Assembly: GCA_018302225.1 (NCBI GenBank)
Contig: JAGVZY010000010.1
Coordinates: forward strand, 6,645 to 70,644
Source of the DNA: Candidatus Woesearchaeota archaeon
GTDB taxonomy: Archaea; Nanobdellota; Nanobdellia; SCGC-AAA011-G17; JAGVZY01
Length of the DNA stretch: 64,000 nucleotides
Direction: 5' to 3'
Shown: piece after piece, positions 43,382-54,127 of the stretch
Layout: each line of letters opens with the position of its first letter
Position numbering within the stretch: the stretch's first letter is position 1
The notes under the pieces: generated by a model
Told to the model about the DNA's origin: nothing
Database searches by the model: none
The model's input: the letters and a program-made list of their open reading frames with translations, nothing else
Program-made: the position numbers and the translations under genes

Positions 43382-44437
43382 ATGCAAAAAACTAAATATT
43401 ACTCCTGGAAAAAAGGGAATTTAGCCAAAGGCTGTCAATTATGCATAAAAGGTCAAAAAATGGTTTTGTTCATAACAGGCTTATGCCACAAACATTGTTA
43501 TTTTTGTCCAATCTCAGAAAAGAAATTTAACAAAGATGTTTTTTACATCAATGAGCTTAAAACTAATAATCTAAAAAAAATCTTAGAAGAAACAAAAAAA
43601 GGAAATTCTTTAGGTTGTGGTATTACTGGTGGGGATCCTTTAATGAAAATTAAAAGAACGACAAAATTAATAAAATTCTTAAAAAAAACATTCAAAAATA
43701 AATTCCATATTCATTTATACACACCTTTAGAATTAGTAAATGAAAGCAATTTAAAACAACTAAATCAAGTGGGCTTAGATGAAATTAGATTTCATCCATC
43801 TCTAGATTCAAATAGATTATGGAATAAAATTTCCTTAGCAAATAAATTCAAATGGGGTATAGGTGTAGAAATTCCTCTTTTACCAAATAAAGAAAAAGAA
43901 ATCAAACAATTATGTGATTTTATAGATGATAAAGTCGATTTTCTAAATTTAAATGAACTTGAAGTTTCAGATACAAATTCTGATGCTTTGATTAAAATGG
44001 GCTTTAAAATAAAATCAAAAGATTCATTTGCAGTAAAAGGAAGTGAAAAATTGGGATTAAAAATTTTAAAGTATTGTAAAAATAAACATTATAATATCCA
44101 TCTATGTACTGCAAAATTAAAAGATAAAATTCAATTCACAAATAGAATAATCAAATACGCTCAAAGCACTGCAAAACCTTATGATTTAATAACAAAAGAA
44201 GGTATGCTTAAACATGGTGCAATTTACACTAAAAACCCTAAAACAACCTATAATCTACTTATTAAAAAATTTAAAGTACCTAAAAAACTTCTAGAAATGG
44301 ATAATAAAAACAAAAGAATATTAACTGGAGATTGGATTGTTTTAGAATTAAAAGATAAACTAAAACAATATAAACTTGCAATTATAGAACAATATCCAAC
44401 AGCAGAAAAAACAGAAATAGAGGTTACATACCTATGA
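43382..44437 (+). CDS. Radical SAM domain protein (COG2108-like)
   Basis: GLCHKHCYFCPIS (CxxxCxxC) after an N-terminal CQLC motif. GITGGDPL. Confidence 0.75.
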   Translation: MQKTKYYSWKKGNLAKGCQLCIKGQKMVLFITGLCHKHCYFCPISEKKFNKDVFYINELKTNNLKKILEETKKGNSLGCGITGGDPLMKIKRTTKLIKFLKKTFKNKFHIHLYTPLELVNESNLKQLNQVGLDEIRFHPSLDSNRLWNKISLANKFKWGIGVEIPLLPNKEKEIKQLCDFIDDKVDFLNLNELEVSDTNSDALIKMGFKIKSKDSFAVKGSEKLGLKILKYCKNKHYNIHLCTAKLKDKIQFTNRIIKYAQSTAKPYDLITKEGMLKHGAIYTKNPKTTYNLLIKKFKVPKKLLEMDNKNKRILTGDWIVLELKDKLKQYKLAIIEQYPTAEKTEIEVTYL

Positions 44438-45126
44438 CAGTACAATATGACCAACATTTTATGATTAACAAAGAAGTTTTAAAATATATTGGAAACCTAA
44501 CTAAAAAGAAAGATAAAGTTTTAGAAATTGGTGCAGGACATGGAGAACTTACTCAATTCTTAAATGGAAAAATTACTTCTTTAGAAATAGATCAAGATTT
44601 ATTCAAACTTTTAAAAGCTAAGATTAAAAATGTTAATTTTATTAATACAAATGCACTAAAATATAATTTAAATAATTTTGATATAATCCTAGGAAATCTT
44701 CCTTATTACATTTGCGAATCTTTATTTAACAAACTAATTAAGACTAAATTTAAACAAGGAATTTTTATGATTCCAAGAAATTTTATAGAAAAAGGTGTTC
44801 TAAATTATGTAATCAAAGATTTCTTTAATATAGAAATTCTAAAAGAAATTAACAAAGAGGACTTTTTACCCCTTCCAAAAACAGAAAGTGTTTTGATCAA
44901 AATAACTCCAAAAGAACCAACTGCATTTGGTTTAATATACCTACAAAATACTAAAAAGTTAAAAAATGCAATTGAATATGCACTAACTAAAAAAGGATAT
45001 ACTCAAAAACAAGCAAAAGAAAAAATGCCTAATTTAAAATTCTTAAATAAAAAGTGTTTTGAACTTAACTTTGAAGAATGGTTACAAGTAATCGGTTTTT
45101 CTAGAACAATTATCTTACAAAAATAA
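44434..45126 (+). CDS. ksgA: rRNA small-subunit adenine dimethyltransferase (KsgA/Dim1), short form
   Basis: QHFMINKEVL, VLEIGAGHGELT, ILGNLPYYI. Confidence 0.8.
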   Translation: MTVQYDQHFMINKEVLKYIGNLTKKKDKVLEIGAGHGELTQFLNGKITSLEIDQDLFKLLKAKIKNVNFINTNALKYNLNNFDIILGNLPYYICESLFNKLIKTKFKQGIFMIPRNFIEKGVLNYVIKDFFNIEILKEINKEDFLPLPKTESVLIKITPKEPTAFGLIYLQNTKKLKNAIEYALTKKGYTQKQAKEKMPNLKFLNKKCFELNFEEWLQVIGFSRTIILQK

Positions 45127-45912
45127 AAAATAAATCAAACCAAAAATACCCAATGAAATTAAATTTATATAAAATCCTTTTTTTAATTTAGATTTTTCTT
45201 CTCCACTAAAGAAAAACATAATCATTAAAATTGATAAATAACCAAAAGCATGTGCAAAACGTGCTACTCCATCTCCACTCGGATTTAATATTCCTGAAAA
45301 ATCAGCATAAATAGACAGCCAGCCCACAACCATTATAGGTAAAGGTATCAACAACTGATAAGTAATATATAACGGTTCAAATAAAATTGCGGCAGCAACT
45401 AAACCCATTATTGCACCAGATGCACCCGAACTACCACCTGTAGAACTTAAAGACAATCCAATTAAAGAATCTCCAATACTACTAATCAACATTGCTCCCA
45501 AATAAATCCAAATTGTCTTTTTAGTCCCTATTCTTCTTTCTAAAACCTTACCAAAAATAAAAAGTGCAAGCATATTTCCAAACAAATGGATCAAATTTGC
45601 GTGAATAAAACCACTAGAAATCAAAGAAAACCATCTTGTATAATCTAACAAATCTTGAGGATAATTCAAAAGCAAACTAAATATTTCCTCAGGCAAAAAC
45701 AACCAAGCAAATACACTTATTAAAATAGTTAAAATAACAATAAAACTTGTAAACTTAGCATCAAATAGAAACAGATATATATCATGAAAGGGTCTAAATA
45801 AATCTTTAAATTGTTTTTTACCAAAAATAATCTGAAAAAAAACTATAGGTGTTAATAAAATATGCAATACTAAATCTAATAATAATTTTGATTCTGATTT
45901 TATCTCAGGCAT
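45115..45912 (-). CDS. Rhomboid-family intramembrane serine protease
   Basis: HANLIHLFGNMLALFIFG and GASGAIMGL (GxSG) plus the downstream H. Confidence 0.85.
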   Translation of the reverse strand: MPEIKSESKLLLDLVLHILLTPIVFFQIIFGKKQFKDLFRPFHDIYLFLFDAKFTSFIVILTILISVFAWLFLPEEIFSLLLNYPQDLLDYTRWFSLISSGFIHANLIHLFGNMLALFIFGKVLERRIGTKKTIWIYLGAMLISSIGDSLIGLSLSSTGGSSGASGAIMGLVAAAILFEPLYITYQLLIPLPIMVVGWLSIYADFSGILNPSGDGVARFAHAFGYLSILMIMFFFSGEEKSKLKKGFYINLISLGIFGLIYFLFL

Positions 45913-45944
45913 AATTCAATTAAAACAAACTTATTTAATAACTA

Positions 45945-46016
45945 TGCGGTTTACGGGATTTGAACCCGTACAGCAGGCTTGGGAAGCCTGAATCATAACC
46001 ATTAGACTAAAACCGC
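45945..46016 (-). tRNA. tRNA-Gly (CCC)
   Basis: Acceptor GCGGTTT/AAACCGC, anticodon arm CAGGC-TTCCCAA-GCCTG, T arm ACGGG-TTCAAAT-CCCGT. Confidence 0.9.
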
Positions 46017-46094
46017 ACAATATCTCTAAAAAAAGCTATATTTATTTAACTTTCCAACCAAAACTTTAAAAATCTGTCTTTATAAGTTATAATT

Positions 46095-48086
46095 ATGACA
46101 AAAGAAAGAAGATTAATCACTGCAGCTCTGCCATATACAAACAATGTTCCACATATAGGAAATATAGTGGGCTCTCACTTACCAGCAGACATTTTTGCTA
46201 GATATTGCAGGCTTCAAGGTTATGAAACTTTGCTAATTGGTGGAACAGATGAACACGGAACTGCCTCAGAAATCGCAGCTCAACAATTAGGTGTATCTTG
46301 TCAAGAGCTATGTGATTTTTTCTATAAGATTCACAAAGAAATTTACGACTGGTTTAATATTTCTTATGATAATTTTTCAAGAACGAGTAAAAAAGTTCAT
46401 CACAACACAGTTCAAGAATTTTTCAAAGAAATGTATAAAAATAAATATTTAATAGAAAAAACGATAAAAGTTCCTTTTTGTCAACATTGTTTAAGATCAC
46501 TAGCAGATAGATATATTGTTGGAAAATGTCCTAATTGCGGATATGAATCAGCACGTGGAGATCAATGTGAAAAATGTAGTTCATTACTAGAACCAACTTC
46601 ACTAATAAATCCAAAATGTGCAGTTTGTAATCAAAACACAATAATTTTCAAAGAAGTAAAACATCTTTTCCTAGACTTAGAAAAATTATCACCTAAATTA
46701 GAATCCTGGATTAAAAAACAAACACACTGGAGAAAACAAGTCTCAAGTATTGCCCTCTCTTGGATAAAAGAAGGATTAAAATCAAGAGATGTAACAAGAG
46801 AATTAAACTGGGGCATCTCGGTACCTATAAAAGGGTATGAAGCATTAAAAATCTACGTTTGGGCAGAAGCAGCAATAGGCTATATCAGCTCAACGAAAGA
46901 ATGCACAAAAGATTGGGAATTATACTGGAAAAACAAGGATTCAAAAATCTACCATTTTATAGGAAAAGATAATATTCCTTTCCACACCTTACTTTTCCCA
47001 GGAGAATTAATTGCAGAAGGCTCATTCAATTTACCTTACAATGTTGTAGGTTTACAATATCTTAATTATGAAGGTTCAAAATTCTCAAAAAGCAAATCTC
47101 ACGGAGTATTCTGTGAAAATTTAAAAAATACTGGCCTTTCATCAGATTACTGGAGATTCTATGATTCATTAGTAATTCCAGAAACTGGAGATACAGATTT
47201 TATTTGGAATGATTTTAGAGATTGGATAAATAATGATTTAATTAGCAACTTCTCAAATTATATAAACAGAACTTTAAGTTTTACTTACAAAACTTATGGT
47301 TCCGAAATAAAAGGAAAAGTAGATGAAAAATTTCACAAACAAGTTTCAGAACAAGTTGATAAAATTATCTCACTTTATGAAAAAGTAGAATTAAGAGAAG
47401 CACTAAGAGAAATTTTAAAACTCTCTGATATAGGTAACAAATACTTCCAATCTAAAGAACCTTGGAAATCAAAAGATAAAGATGTTTTATTTAATTGTAT
47501 AAACTTAATTAAAATCTTAGGTTTAATCTCGCAACCTTACCTTCCAGAAACTTCAAAGAAAATACTTTCATTCTTGAATTGTAATGAAAAAGATTGGAGC
47601 AAAATAAAAGAATTTAATATTACAAAAATAAGTGAACCCAAGATATTATTTGAAAAAATAGATGATAAAAAATTAGAATCTTTAAAACAAATAACATCTA
47701 AAGTTACAGAATATAGAATAAAAACAAATAATCCAAAACCAACACAAAGAGGTGAATCTAAATTGGTAAAATATGAAGATTTTAAGAAAATAGACTTAAA
47801 AGTTGGAGAAATCCTAGAAGCAAAACCGCATCCAAATGCAGACAAATTAATGGTTTTAAAAATAGATTTAGGTGAAGAAAATCCAAGAACTATAGTTGCA
47901 GGAATAAAAAATTATTATAATCCAAAAGCAATTATTGGACAAAAGGTAATTGTAGTTGCAAACTTAGAACCTATTAAATTAAGAGGTATAGAGAGTAATG
48001 GGATGATATTAGCTTCCCTAGATAAAGAAAACTTAAGTCTCTTAACTACAGACAAGGAAGTTTCAAACGGCTCATCAGTTTCTTAA
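46095..48086 (+). CDS. metG: Methionyl-tRNA synthetase with C-terminal Trbp111/EMAP-like tRNA-binding domain
   Basis: PYTNNVPHIGN (HIGH), zinc knuckles CPNCG...CEKC, KFSKSKSHG (KMSKS), C-terminal LKVGEILEAKPHPNADKLMVLKIDLG. Confidence 0.95.
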   Translation: MTKERRLITAALPYTNNVPHIGNIVGSHLPADIFARYCRLQGYETLLIGGTDEHGTASEIAAQQLGVSCQELCDFFYKIHKEIYDWFNISYDNFSRTSKKVHHNTVQEFFKEMYKNKYLIEKTIKVPFCQHCLRSLADRYIVGKCPNCGYESARGDQCEKCSSLLEPTSLINPKCAVCNQNTIIFKEVKHLFLDLEKLSPKLESWIKKQTHWRKQVSSIALSWIKEGLKSRDVTRELNWGISVPIKGYEALKIYVWAEAAIGYISSTKECTKDWELYWKNKDSKIYHFIGKDNIPFHTLLFPGELIAEGSFNLPYNVVGLQYLNYEGSKFSKSKSHGVFCENLKNTGLSSDYWRFYDSLVIPETGDTDFIWNDFRDWINNDLISNFSNYINRTLSFTYKTYGSEIKGKVDEKFHKQVSEQVDKIISLYEKVELREALREILKLSDIGNKYFQSKEPWKSKDKDVLFNCINLIKILGLISQPYLPETSKKILSFLNCNEKDWSKIKEFNITKISEPKILFEKIDDKKLESLKQITSKVTEYRIKTNNPKPTQRGESKLVKYEDFKKIDLKVGEILEAKPHPNADKLMVLKIDLGEENPRTIVAGIKNYYNPKAIIGQKVIVVANLEPIKLRGIESNGMILASLDKENLSLLTTDKEVSNGSSVS

Positions 48087-48088
48087 AT

Positions 48089-49237
48089 CTATTTTTTTCT
48101 TTTGTTTAATTTATTCATTATTTTATCATACATTACTTTTAATTTAAGCCCCATTTTTCCTAAAAAAGATTTTCTTAAACCAATTGCTTTATACGGACAA
48201 TTTTCATGACAACAGTAGCAGTGTATACATTTTTTATAATCCCACTCTGGATAAGGTTTTAATGTAATACATTTAACAGGACAAACTCGTGCGCAAGTTC
48301 CACATCGCGTACATTTTTCTTCAATAACATACGGATCGGCTATATCTCCTGCAAAAATAGTATGATAAATCGCAGTTAAAATTTTTCCCTTGTGAACCAT
48401 AGGTTTCTTAAAATTTACAACTTTTTTCTTACCAATAATTTCATATTCAGGAATAAGATGATGACCTTTTGCTAATCTCAATAAAGGAATATTATCCAAT
48501 TTAAAACCCATTGACTCTGAAGCAACGCAATCTAAGGCGGCACCATTTCTTGAAGCAATTATCATTCCTGCCTTTTTTGGAACTCCACCAGTACCAGGAC
48601 CATCACCCTCTAATCCCATTACCCCATCCATAATATTTATTTGGGGTTGAATAATATTATATATATCTAAAAGTATCTGATGAAATCTTATGGAACTTCT
48701 ACCTACAGAATGGTATTTTTGTTTCAAACCACCTGGAACAAAACCATAAAGGTTTTTCATTGCACCCGTATATTGTGCAAGCATATGCGTTTTAAGTTTT
48801 GGAATATTAATAATTAAATTATATTTATCAAATAGATTAGGTAATTCAATATCCATACTCTGATATTTCGCTTTATGTGTTAAGGGTGCAACTTTTTCTA
48901 ATAATAACAATTCAGCACCATACTTTTTAGCAATATCTTCCATCCCGGTTTTCCCAAAAAGTAAATGTTTTTCTTGTGTAAAAAATCCCGTACTTTCGGC
49001 AATAGTAATTTTACACTTTTTTGTTTTAAGAAGTTTACAAACTGCTTCAACAATTGCAGGATGTGTTGTTATCGCTTGTTTAGGAGTTGCAGAAGTCAAC
49101 AAATTAGGTTTGATTAAAACTTTAGAACCAAATTTAAACTCAAATTGAATATCTAATAGAGCTTTTCTAACTGCATTATCAACTTCTTTTTGATTATAAG
49201 ATTCACATTCAACAATTGAAACTTTTTCCATTTTCAC
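48089..49237 (-). CDS. DUF362-domain protein with C-terminal 2x[4Fe-4S] ferredoxin domain
   Basis: CTRCGTCARVCP and CIHCYCCHENCP. The N-terminal about 290 aa is DUF362-like (KPNLL..., GDGPG). Confidence 0.7.
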   Translation of the reverse strand: MKMEKVSIVECESYNQKEVDNAVRKALLDIQFEFKFGSKVLIKPNLLTSATPKQAITTHPAIVEAVCKLLKTKKCKITIAESTGFFTQEKHLLFGKTGMEDIAKKYGAELLLLEKVAPLTHKAKYQSMDIELPNLFDKYNLIINIPKLKTHMLAQYTGAMKNLYGFVPGGLKQKYHSVGRSSIRFHQILLDIYNIIQPQINIMDGVMGLEGDGPGTGGVPKKAGMIIASRNGAALDCVASESMGFKLDNIPLLRLAKGHHLIPEYEIIGKKKVVNFKKPMVHKGKILTAIYHTIFAGDIADPYVIEEKCTRCGTCARVCPVKCITLKPYPEWDYKKCIHCYCCHENCPYKAIGLRKSFLGKMGLKLKVMYDKIMNKLNKRKK

Positions 49238-49251
49238 CCTCTTTTTTATAG

Positions 49252-49325
49252 TGGTCCCGCGGAGATTTAAACTCCGGACCTCTCGATTATCAGTCGAGTG
49301 CTCTATCAGGCTAAGCTACGGAACC
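49252..49325 (-). tRNA. tRNA-Ile (GAU)
   Basis: Acceptor GGTTCCG/CGGGACC, anticodon arm CTCGA-CTGATAA-TCGAG, T arm CGGAG-TTTAAAT-CTCCG. Confidence 0.9.
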
Positions 49326-49328
49326 CTA

Positions 49329-49401
49329 CGCCTTCGGGAAGACTCGAACTTCCGACCACCTGATTAACAGTCAGGTGCTCTACCTACTGAGCTACGAAGG
49401 C
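49329..49401 (-). tRNA. tRNA-Asn (GUU)
   Basis: Acceptor GCCTTCG/CGAAGGC, anticodon arm CCTGA-CTGTTAA-TCAGG, T arm GGAAG-TTCGAGT-CTTCC. Confidence 0.9.
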
Positions 49402-49518
49402 ATCTAGACTTAAAACACTCCGAAAACCTTTAAAAGCTTTTCTATGAAAATATGCCCCCATCAAGTTATAAACCTTACTTAGATTAGTTTTATTAAGCTT
49501 AATTCCCTACTTGAACAA

Positions 49519-50073
49519 ATGTCTTATTCAAAAATAACTCAAATTAATAGGGAAAATATATACCACTTATACAAAACTTACTTATCTTCATTTTTTAAAG
49601 ACGACTTACAACAAAGAAAGAAAATAAGAAAGACTATAAAAACTACTATTTCTAAAACAAAAAAACCTGACCAATATATCCAGAATCTAATTCTTTTTTC
49701 AAGAAGCATAGACACCAGTTTAATAGAAAATAATTATCTACGATCACCCACAAAAAACAAGGAAGATTTCTTAAATTATATTTCAAACGGAATTCAAAAC
49801 ATTTCTTTATATTATCAAAACAATCAAAATTTGCTTAACAAAATAGTTTATTCTACTTCATTATTTAGCCTTGCATCAGGACACAGAGATGAAGACATTT
49901 TAAAAGCAGTATTCAAAAGAGTTATACCTTCAAGCTTAAGTTTAATTGAAAAAATTCATCTTTTTGAGCCTTATGTAAACTCAAACTTCTCAACAAAAGA
50001 AGGTTTAAAGTATCTTTTTTTACGTTTAACAAAACATTCTAACCCAAAACTTTTTATATTCCAAAAAAATTAA
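49519..50073 (+). CDS. Hypothetical protein (184 aa)
   Basis: ORF of normal composition. No family recognised. Confidence 0.45.
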   Translation: MSYSKITQINRENIYHLYKTYLSSFFKDDLQQRKKIRKTIKTTISKTKKPDQYIQNLILFSRSIDTSLIENNYLRSPTKNKEDFLNYISNGIQNISLYYQNNQNLLNKIVYSTSLFSLASGHRDEDILKAVFKRVIPSSLSLIEKIHLFEPYVNSNFSTKEGLKYLFLRLTKHSNPKLFIFQKN

Positions 50074-50080
50074 GTATTCT

Positions 50081-50854
50081 ATGGAAATTCCAATAGTAGA
50101 TATATCAAAAGCAATTAAAAAAATAAATAATTCCAACGAAGAAATTTCTAAAGCGTTGGTTAAATTCGTAAATGAATTAAGTTCAGCAAATCAAAATGAA
50201 AATTATAAAGATGCAGATAATTTAAAAGGTATTAAAACAATCTTAGAAACTGAAGTAAGCATAACCGAAAGAGCAATTGGAACCATCTTTCGTGCAAATG
50301 AATTATCTCGGGTTCAAAAAGAAGTAAAAAGGATTTTAACAATAACTTCAATTGAAAAAATAGGTTCTCAATTAAGAGCAATGCTAGATTATCTTAAAAA
50401 TTCGGCCTTAAATAATATCGTTGAGTTTAGGGGTGCTTTTAATGAAACTTCACTAGCATATTTAAATTATCAACAATTTAAAGAAACCAACCAAAAACTT
50501 TTAAGTAATAAATTAATATACAACGAATTAGCAGGACTTTCAAAAACTTGTTTCACAAAATATGCTTTATTAATTATAGAATATTATAAAACAATCTATA
50601 AACTATTAGATTTAGGGATGTTAAGTAAGGAAGTAAAAGCTGAAAAAATTTCATTAAATAGTCTTAAAGAAATGATTGATACAACAATAAAATATATAGA
50701 TCAATCAAACGCAGGAAGAAGACCATCAGCTTACACAACTGAAATAAATTATTTTGAAAAGCATTTCACAAAAGTCTATGAAAATTTAAACACTTTTAAA
50801 AAAATATTCAGAAACGGAGACATAATCTTACCATATAATTTATTAACAACTTAA
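50081..50854 (+). CDS. Hypothetical protein (257 aa, helical)
   Basis: ORF 8 nt after the previous one. No family recognised. Confidence 0.45.
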   Translation: MEIPIVDISKAIKKINNSNEEISKALVKFVNELSSANQNENYKDADNLKGIKTILETEVSITERAIGTIFRANELSRVQKEVKRILTITSIEKIGSQLRAMLDYLKNSALNNIVEFRGAFNETSLAYLNYQQFKETNQKLLSNKLIYNELAGLSKTCFTKYALLIIEYYKTIYKLLDLGMLSKEVKAEKISLNSLKEMIDTTIKYIDQSNAGRRPSAYTTEINYFEKHFTKVYENLNTFKKIFRNGDIILPYNLLTT

Positions 50855-50856
50855 TA

Positions 50857-51939
50857 TTAATCTAAAAAGTCTTCATTCTTTATCTTTTCAGGTAAATACT
50901 TCTCAGAAATGAAACTAATACCTCTTGAAGATAAAGCTTGAATTTCTGCTTTAGCCTTCAATTGCTTCATTATTGCAAACTGCTTCTGCCATAATTTGTT
51001 CTTCTCAAACCATTCATACTTAGCAATTTGATCTAATCTCTTTAAATCATTATCATTCATCTTGATGAGATGTTTCTGCAAACCATACTTAGTTATATCT
51101 TCTCCAGTTATACCTAGGAACCTTATATCAGATATAGCCTGACTCTCAGAAATATGTGCCAAACTAATTGAACCAAATTTCATAACAGAATAAATATAAA
51201 ATCCCCATGGATCAAAATCTGTTAATACATAAATAGGAAGTTTAAATTCATCATGTAATCTTGAAAGTAACCTTCTAATACCTCTAGTAGTTTGTCCTTG
51301 CGAAGACATAATTATACATTTTTGTTTTTCCCAATATTTATCTTCATGCAATCTTTCCCATACTGCTGCCTTTTCCATATAAAGTATATATTTTGCTTCA
51401 ACTTTTTTGAATTTTATATCTTCAACATTAGAAGGAATAGACCAACCACCAGAACCTAATCTACTCCAATCAATACTATCTCCTAAATCTTCGATTATAA
51501 CTTTACCAGCTACAGAACCATTTTTATTAGCATTAATATGTAATTGTTCTCTTGAACAATCAGATAATAATTCTAAATCTTCTATAGTTGCATCAGTTTC
51601 AGTTTGATCGTCAACTAAATTAACATTAGTTCCTGGAATAGTTCTTTTAGCCATGTAGAAAACATCTCTAAGACTAGCATGTTTTTTCTTATCCAACAAA
51701 TCATGCGCAATAGAAGCAACTTCAAAAGTTTGTAAAAACTTTTTAGCATGAGCAACATTTAAGAAAAATCTTTTCGCACTTTTGTCTCCTAATTGTAATT
51801 TTTGAGTTTTCTGATTATAATCAACATTAGATAAAGCTCTTATAGGTACATCTATATAAGGATTTTCTCCTTGTTTTATTTTCTGTACTACTTTCTTTCC
51901 TAAATTTTCAAGCTTTTCCCGTGCTTTGATTTCCACCAT
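50857..51939 (-). CDS. top6A: DNA topoisomerase VI subunit A (Spo11-like)
   Basis: Toprim region YVLTDFDPWGFYIYSV and the 5Y-CAP region with SLRDVFY. Confidence 0.93.
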   Translation of the reverse strand: MVEIKAREKLENLGKKVVQKIKQGENPYIDVPIRALSNVDYNQKTQKLQLGDKSAKRFFLNVAHAKKFLQTFEVASIAHDLLDKKKHASLRDVFYMAKRTIPGTNVNLVDDQTETDATIEDLELLSDCSREQLHINANKNGSVAGKVIIEDLGDSIDWSRLGSGGWSIPSNVEDIKFKKVEAKYILYMEKAAVWERLHEDKYWEKQKCIIMSSQGQTTRGIRRLLSRLHDEFKLPIYVLTDFDPWGFYIYSVMKFGSISLAHISESQAISDIRFLGITGEDITKYGLQKHLIKMNDNDLKRLDQIAKYEWFEKNKLWQKQFAIMKQLKAKAEIQALSSRGISFISEKYLPEKIKNEDFLD

Positions 51940-53506
51940 TTGGAGTCTCCATTTCTAACGAAGGTAAATTTTTCTTTAATAATTTTTGTAAATGATCAAT
52001 TAGTTGTTGCTTTTGCTCGCCAGTTAATTCTGATAACGAACCTGCTAATTCTGGAATATATTTTTCAAATAAACCAATTTTAGCCTTATGTTCTTTTGCT
52101 CTAATATTTTTATGAATATAAATTCCTAATTTTCTTCCACACTCTTGTAATGCTAATTTTATTTCATCCATTATTTCAGGATAATGGGCAATTGCTTCTT
52201 TACTTTCAGATGTAAATGGTACCCAAACTGAACACATATGTACTACAACAACTACTGGGCCAATAGGAGTATTACTTCCGGACTGTTGTAAACCATAAGG
52301 TTTCCAATTTACCTCTCCAATCATTTTAGAGATAGCACAAGCTCCAGCTTGATATTGCAAAGGAACTTTATTTGCAAACCTGATAATTTGAACTTGGCCT
52401 TCTTTGTCTATCTGCCCACCATAAGCTAGTGCAGCTTCAATAACAAAAGGATTACCCCTATAAACAGAAGGTGACCTCGTAGTAGAACAATAAAAGTCAG
52501 CTGAAATCTCTTTTTTCAAACCTTTTTCTAATAATTCCTGACCAATTGGAACTATACAATCAGTTGGAGGAGCACTTATTTTTGTAGTTTTAATTGCGTT
52601 CATGATTGCTTCTGCTTGATCTCTTGTAATTACAGAAGGCTTCATTGAAGTATCTAATTTTGCTTTTTCACATATTTCCTTAGCAGAAACAGCACCAACT
52701 CTACAAAAATCTCCGGTCAAAAAACTTTGTAATGTTCTTGCAGAAGTATTATGCAACATTTTAATTAAAATTCCTAATTCAATACCATAAGGATGAGGTT
52801 TTATTTCAATAGGTTGCGCGGGTTTTTCATTAGTTGCTCTCGGATATCTTACTTGCTCTTTATCAGGATTAATATAATTAATTTCAACATGCGGGTTTGC
52901 AATTGCAGTTTGTTTTAAATATTCATCAATAGATCTTACACCTTTCTGATAAATACCTTCTAACTCAATTTCAACTCTTGTTCCATGAGGTTTATCATAT
53001 TCAACTTCATACTCTTTTACTATCTTTGGCATATTTGTAGAAGTATCAATAAATAATTCATAATAATGTGCTGGTTTCTTTTCAGAAATTCTTGAAATTA
53101 TTTTTGCAGGTTTTCCAGTAGTAAGTTGTCCATACAAAACAGTTGCAGATATACCTATACCTTGCTGTCCTCTTGATTGTGCAAGTTTATGAAATTTACT
53201 TCCATATAATAATCTTGCAAAAATATGGGGAATCTGTTCCTTGACAATTCCAGGACCATTGTCTTCAACTATAACTATAAATTTGTTTTCTCCGACTTGT
53301 TTAACAACAATACTCACACTTGGTAAAACACCCATTTCTTCAGCAGCGTCTAAAGCATTATCTACAGCCTCTTTAATAGCTGTTAAAAGAGCTTTTCTAG
53401 GATTATCAAAACCCAAAAGATGTCTATTTCTAGTAAAAAAATCAGAAACACTAATACTCTGTTGCTTCTTTGCTAACTCCTCTGCTTTTATTTTTATCTC
53501 AGCCAT
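51908..53506 (-). CDS. top6B: DNA topoisomerase VI subunit B
   Basis: SVSDFFTRNRHLLGFDNPRKALLTAIKEAVDNALDA (Bergerat N-box), DNGPGI, GQQGIG. Confidence 0.93.
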   Translation of the reverse strand: MAEIKIKAEELAKKQQSISVSDFFTRNRHLLGFDNPRKALLTAIKEAVDNALDAAEEMGVLPSVSIVVKQVGENKFIVIVEDNGPGIVKEQIPHIFARLLYGSKFHKLAQSRGQQGIGISATVLYGQLTTGKPAKIISRISEKKPAHYYELFIDTSTNMPKIVKEYEVEYDKPHGTRVEIELEGIYQKGVRSIDEYLKQTAIANPHVEINYINPDKEQVRYPRATNEKPAQPIEIKPHPYGIELGILIKMLHNTSARTLQSFLTGDFCRVGAVSAKEICEKAKLDTSMKPSVITRDQAEAIMNAIKTTKISAPPTDCIVPIGQELLEKGLKKEISADFYCSTTRSPSVYRGNPFVIEAALAYGGQIDKEGQVQIIRFANKVPLQYQAGACAISKMIGEVNWKPYGLQQSGSNTPIGPVVVVVHMCSVWVPFTSESKEAIAHYPEIMDEIKLALQECGRKLGIYIHKNIRAKEHKAKIGLFEKYIPELAGSLSELTGEQKQQLIDHLQKLLKKNLPSLEMETPNGGNQSTGKA

Positions 53507-53575
53507 TTATCTTCCACCACTCAGAGAAAGAAAGATGTTTATAAATCTTGTGAAAATTAGAAAATAGTTTAAAAA

Positions 53576-54127
53576 CTAAAGTTCTTTTCCTTGCTCTAAT
53601 TTATGATTTACTTTTTCTAGATATTCATATACATGGGCGTGTGGTGCACCAGTAATTAAAGAAATTAAAGCTTCTCTTGTATACACAATTCTATCAAATC
53701 TTGCAATTATGGCAACAGTTTTTCCATAAACAGAAATATTAGTGTTTGAAAGCCTTTCTAAATTTTCTCTTGCCCCGCCATTTCTTCCTATTAATCTAGA
53801 TTTTATTCTTGCAAAATCATTCTTAGTTTTAACATAATCTTTTAAATTAATAATATCAAAACAAAAATCTTCATTAAATAAAATTTCTGCAATCTCAGGA
53901 TTAAAACCTCTACCAATTGCTTTTATTACATTTTCTAAAACTAATGATTTCACAGCATCATCAGAATCAAAATCAACATCTCCACTCTCAGAATCAACAG
54001 TTATTTTTATTTTCGTTCTTTTTTCTAATCTTTTCTTAATCTCTGCTTGTTTCCCAATAAGAACAGCTATTCTCTCTTTCGGGATTTTGACATTATACTC
54101 TATAAGCATTTTAGAACTCTTCTTCAA
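53576..54127 (-). CDS. KH-domain RNA-binding protein (archaeal Dim2/Pno1 homologue)
   Basis: Two KH motifs ([14 protein letters not shown]; [13 protein letters not shown]). Directly downstream of aIF1A, as in many archaea. Confidence 0.75.
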   Translation of the reverse strand: MKKSSKMLIEYNVKIPKERIAVLIGKQAEIKKRLEKRTKIKITVDSESGDVDFDSDDAVKSLVLENVIKAIGRGFNPEIAEILFNEDFCFDIINLKDYVKTKNDFARIKSRLIGRNGGARENLERLSNTNISVYGKTVAIIARFDRIVYTREALISLITGAPHAHVYEYLEKVNHKLEQGKEL

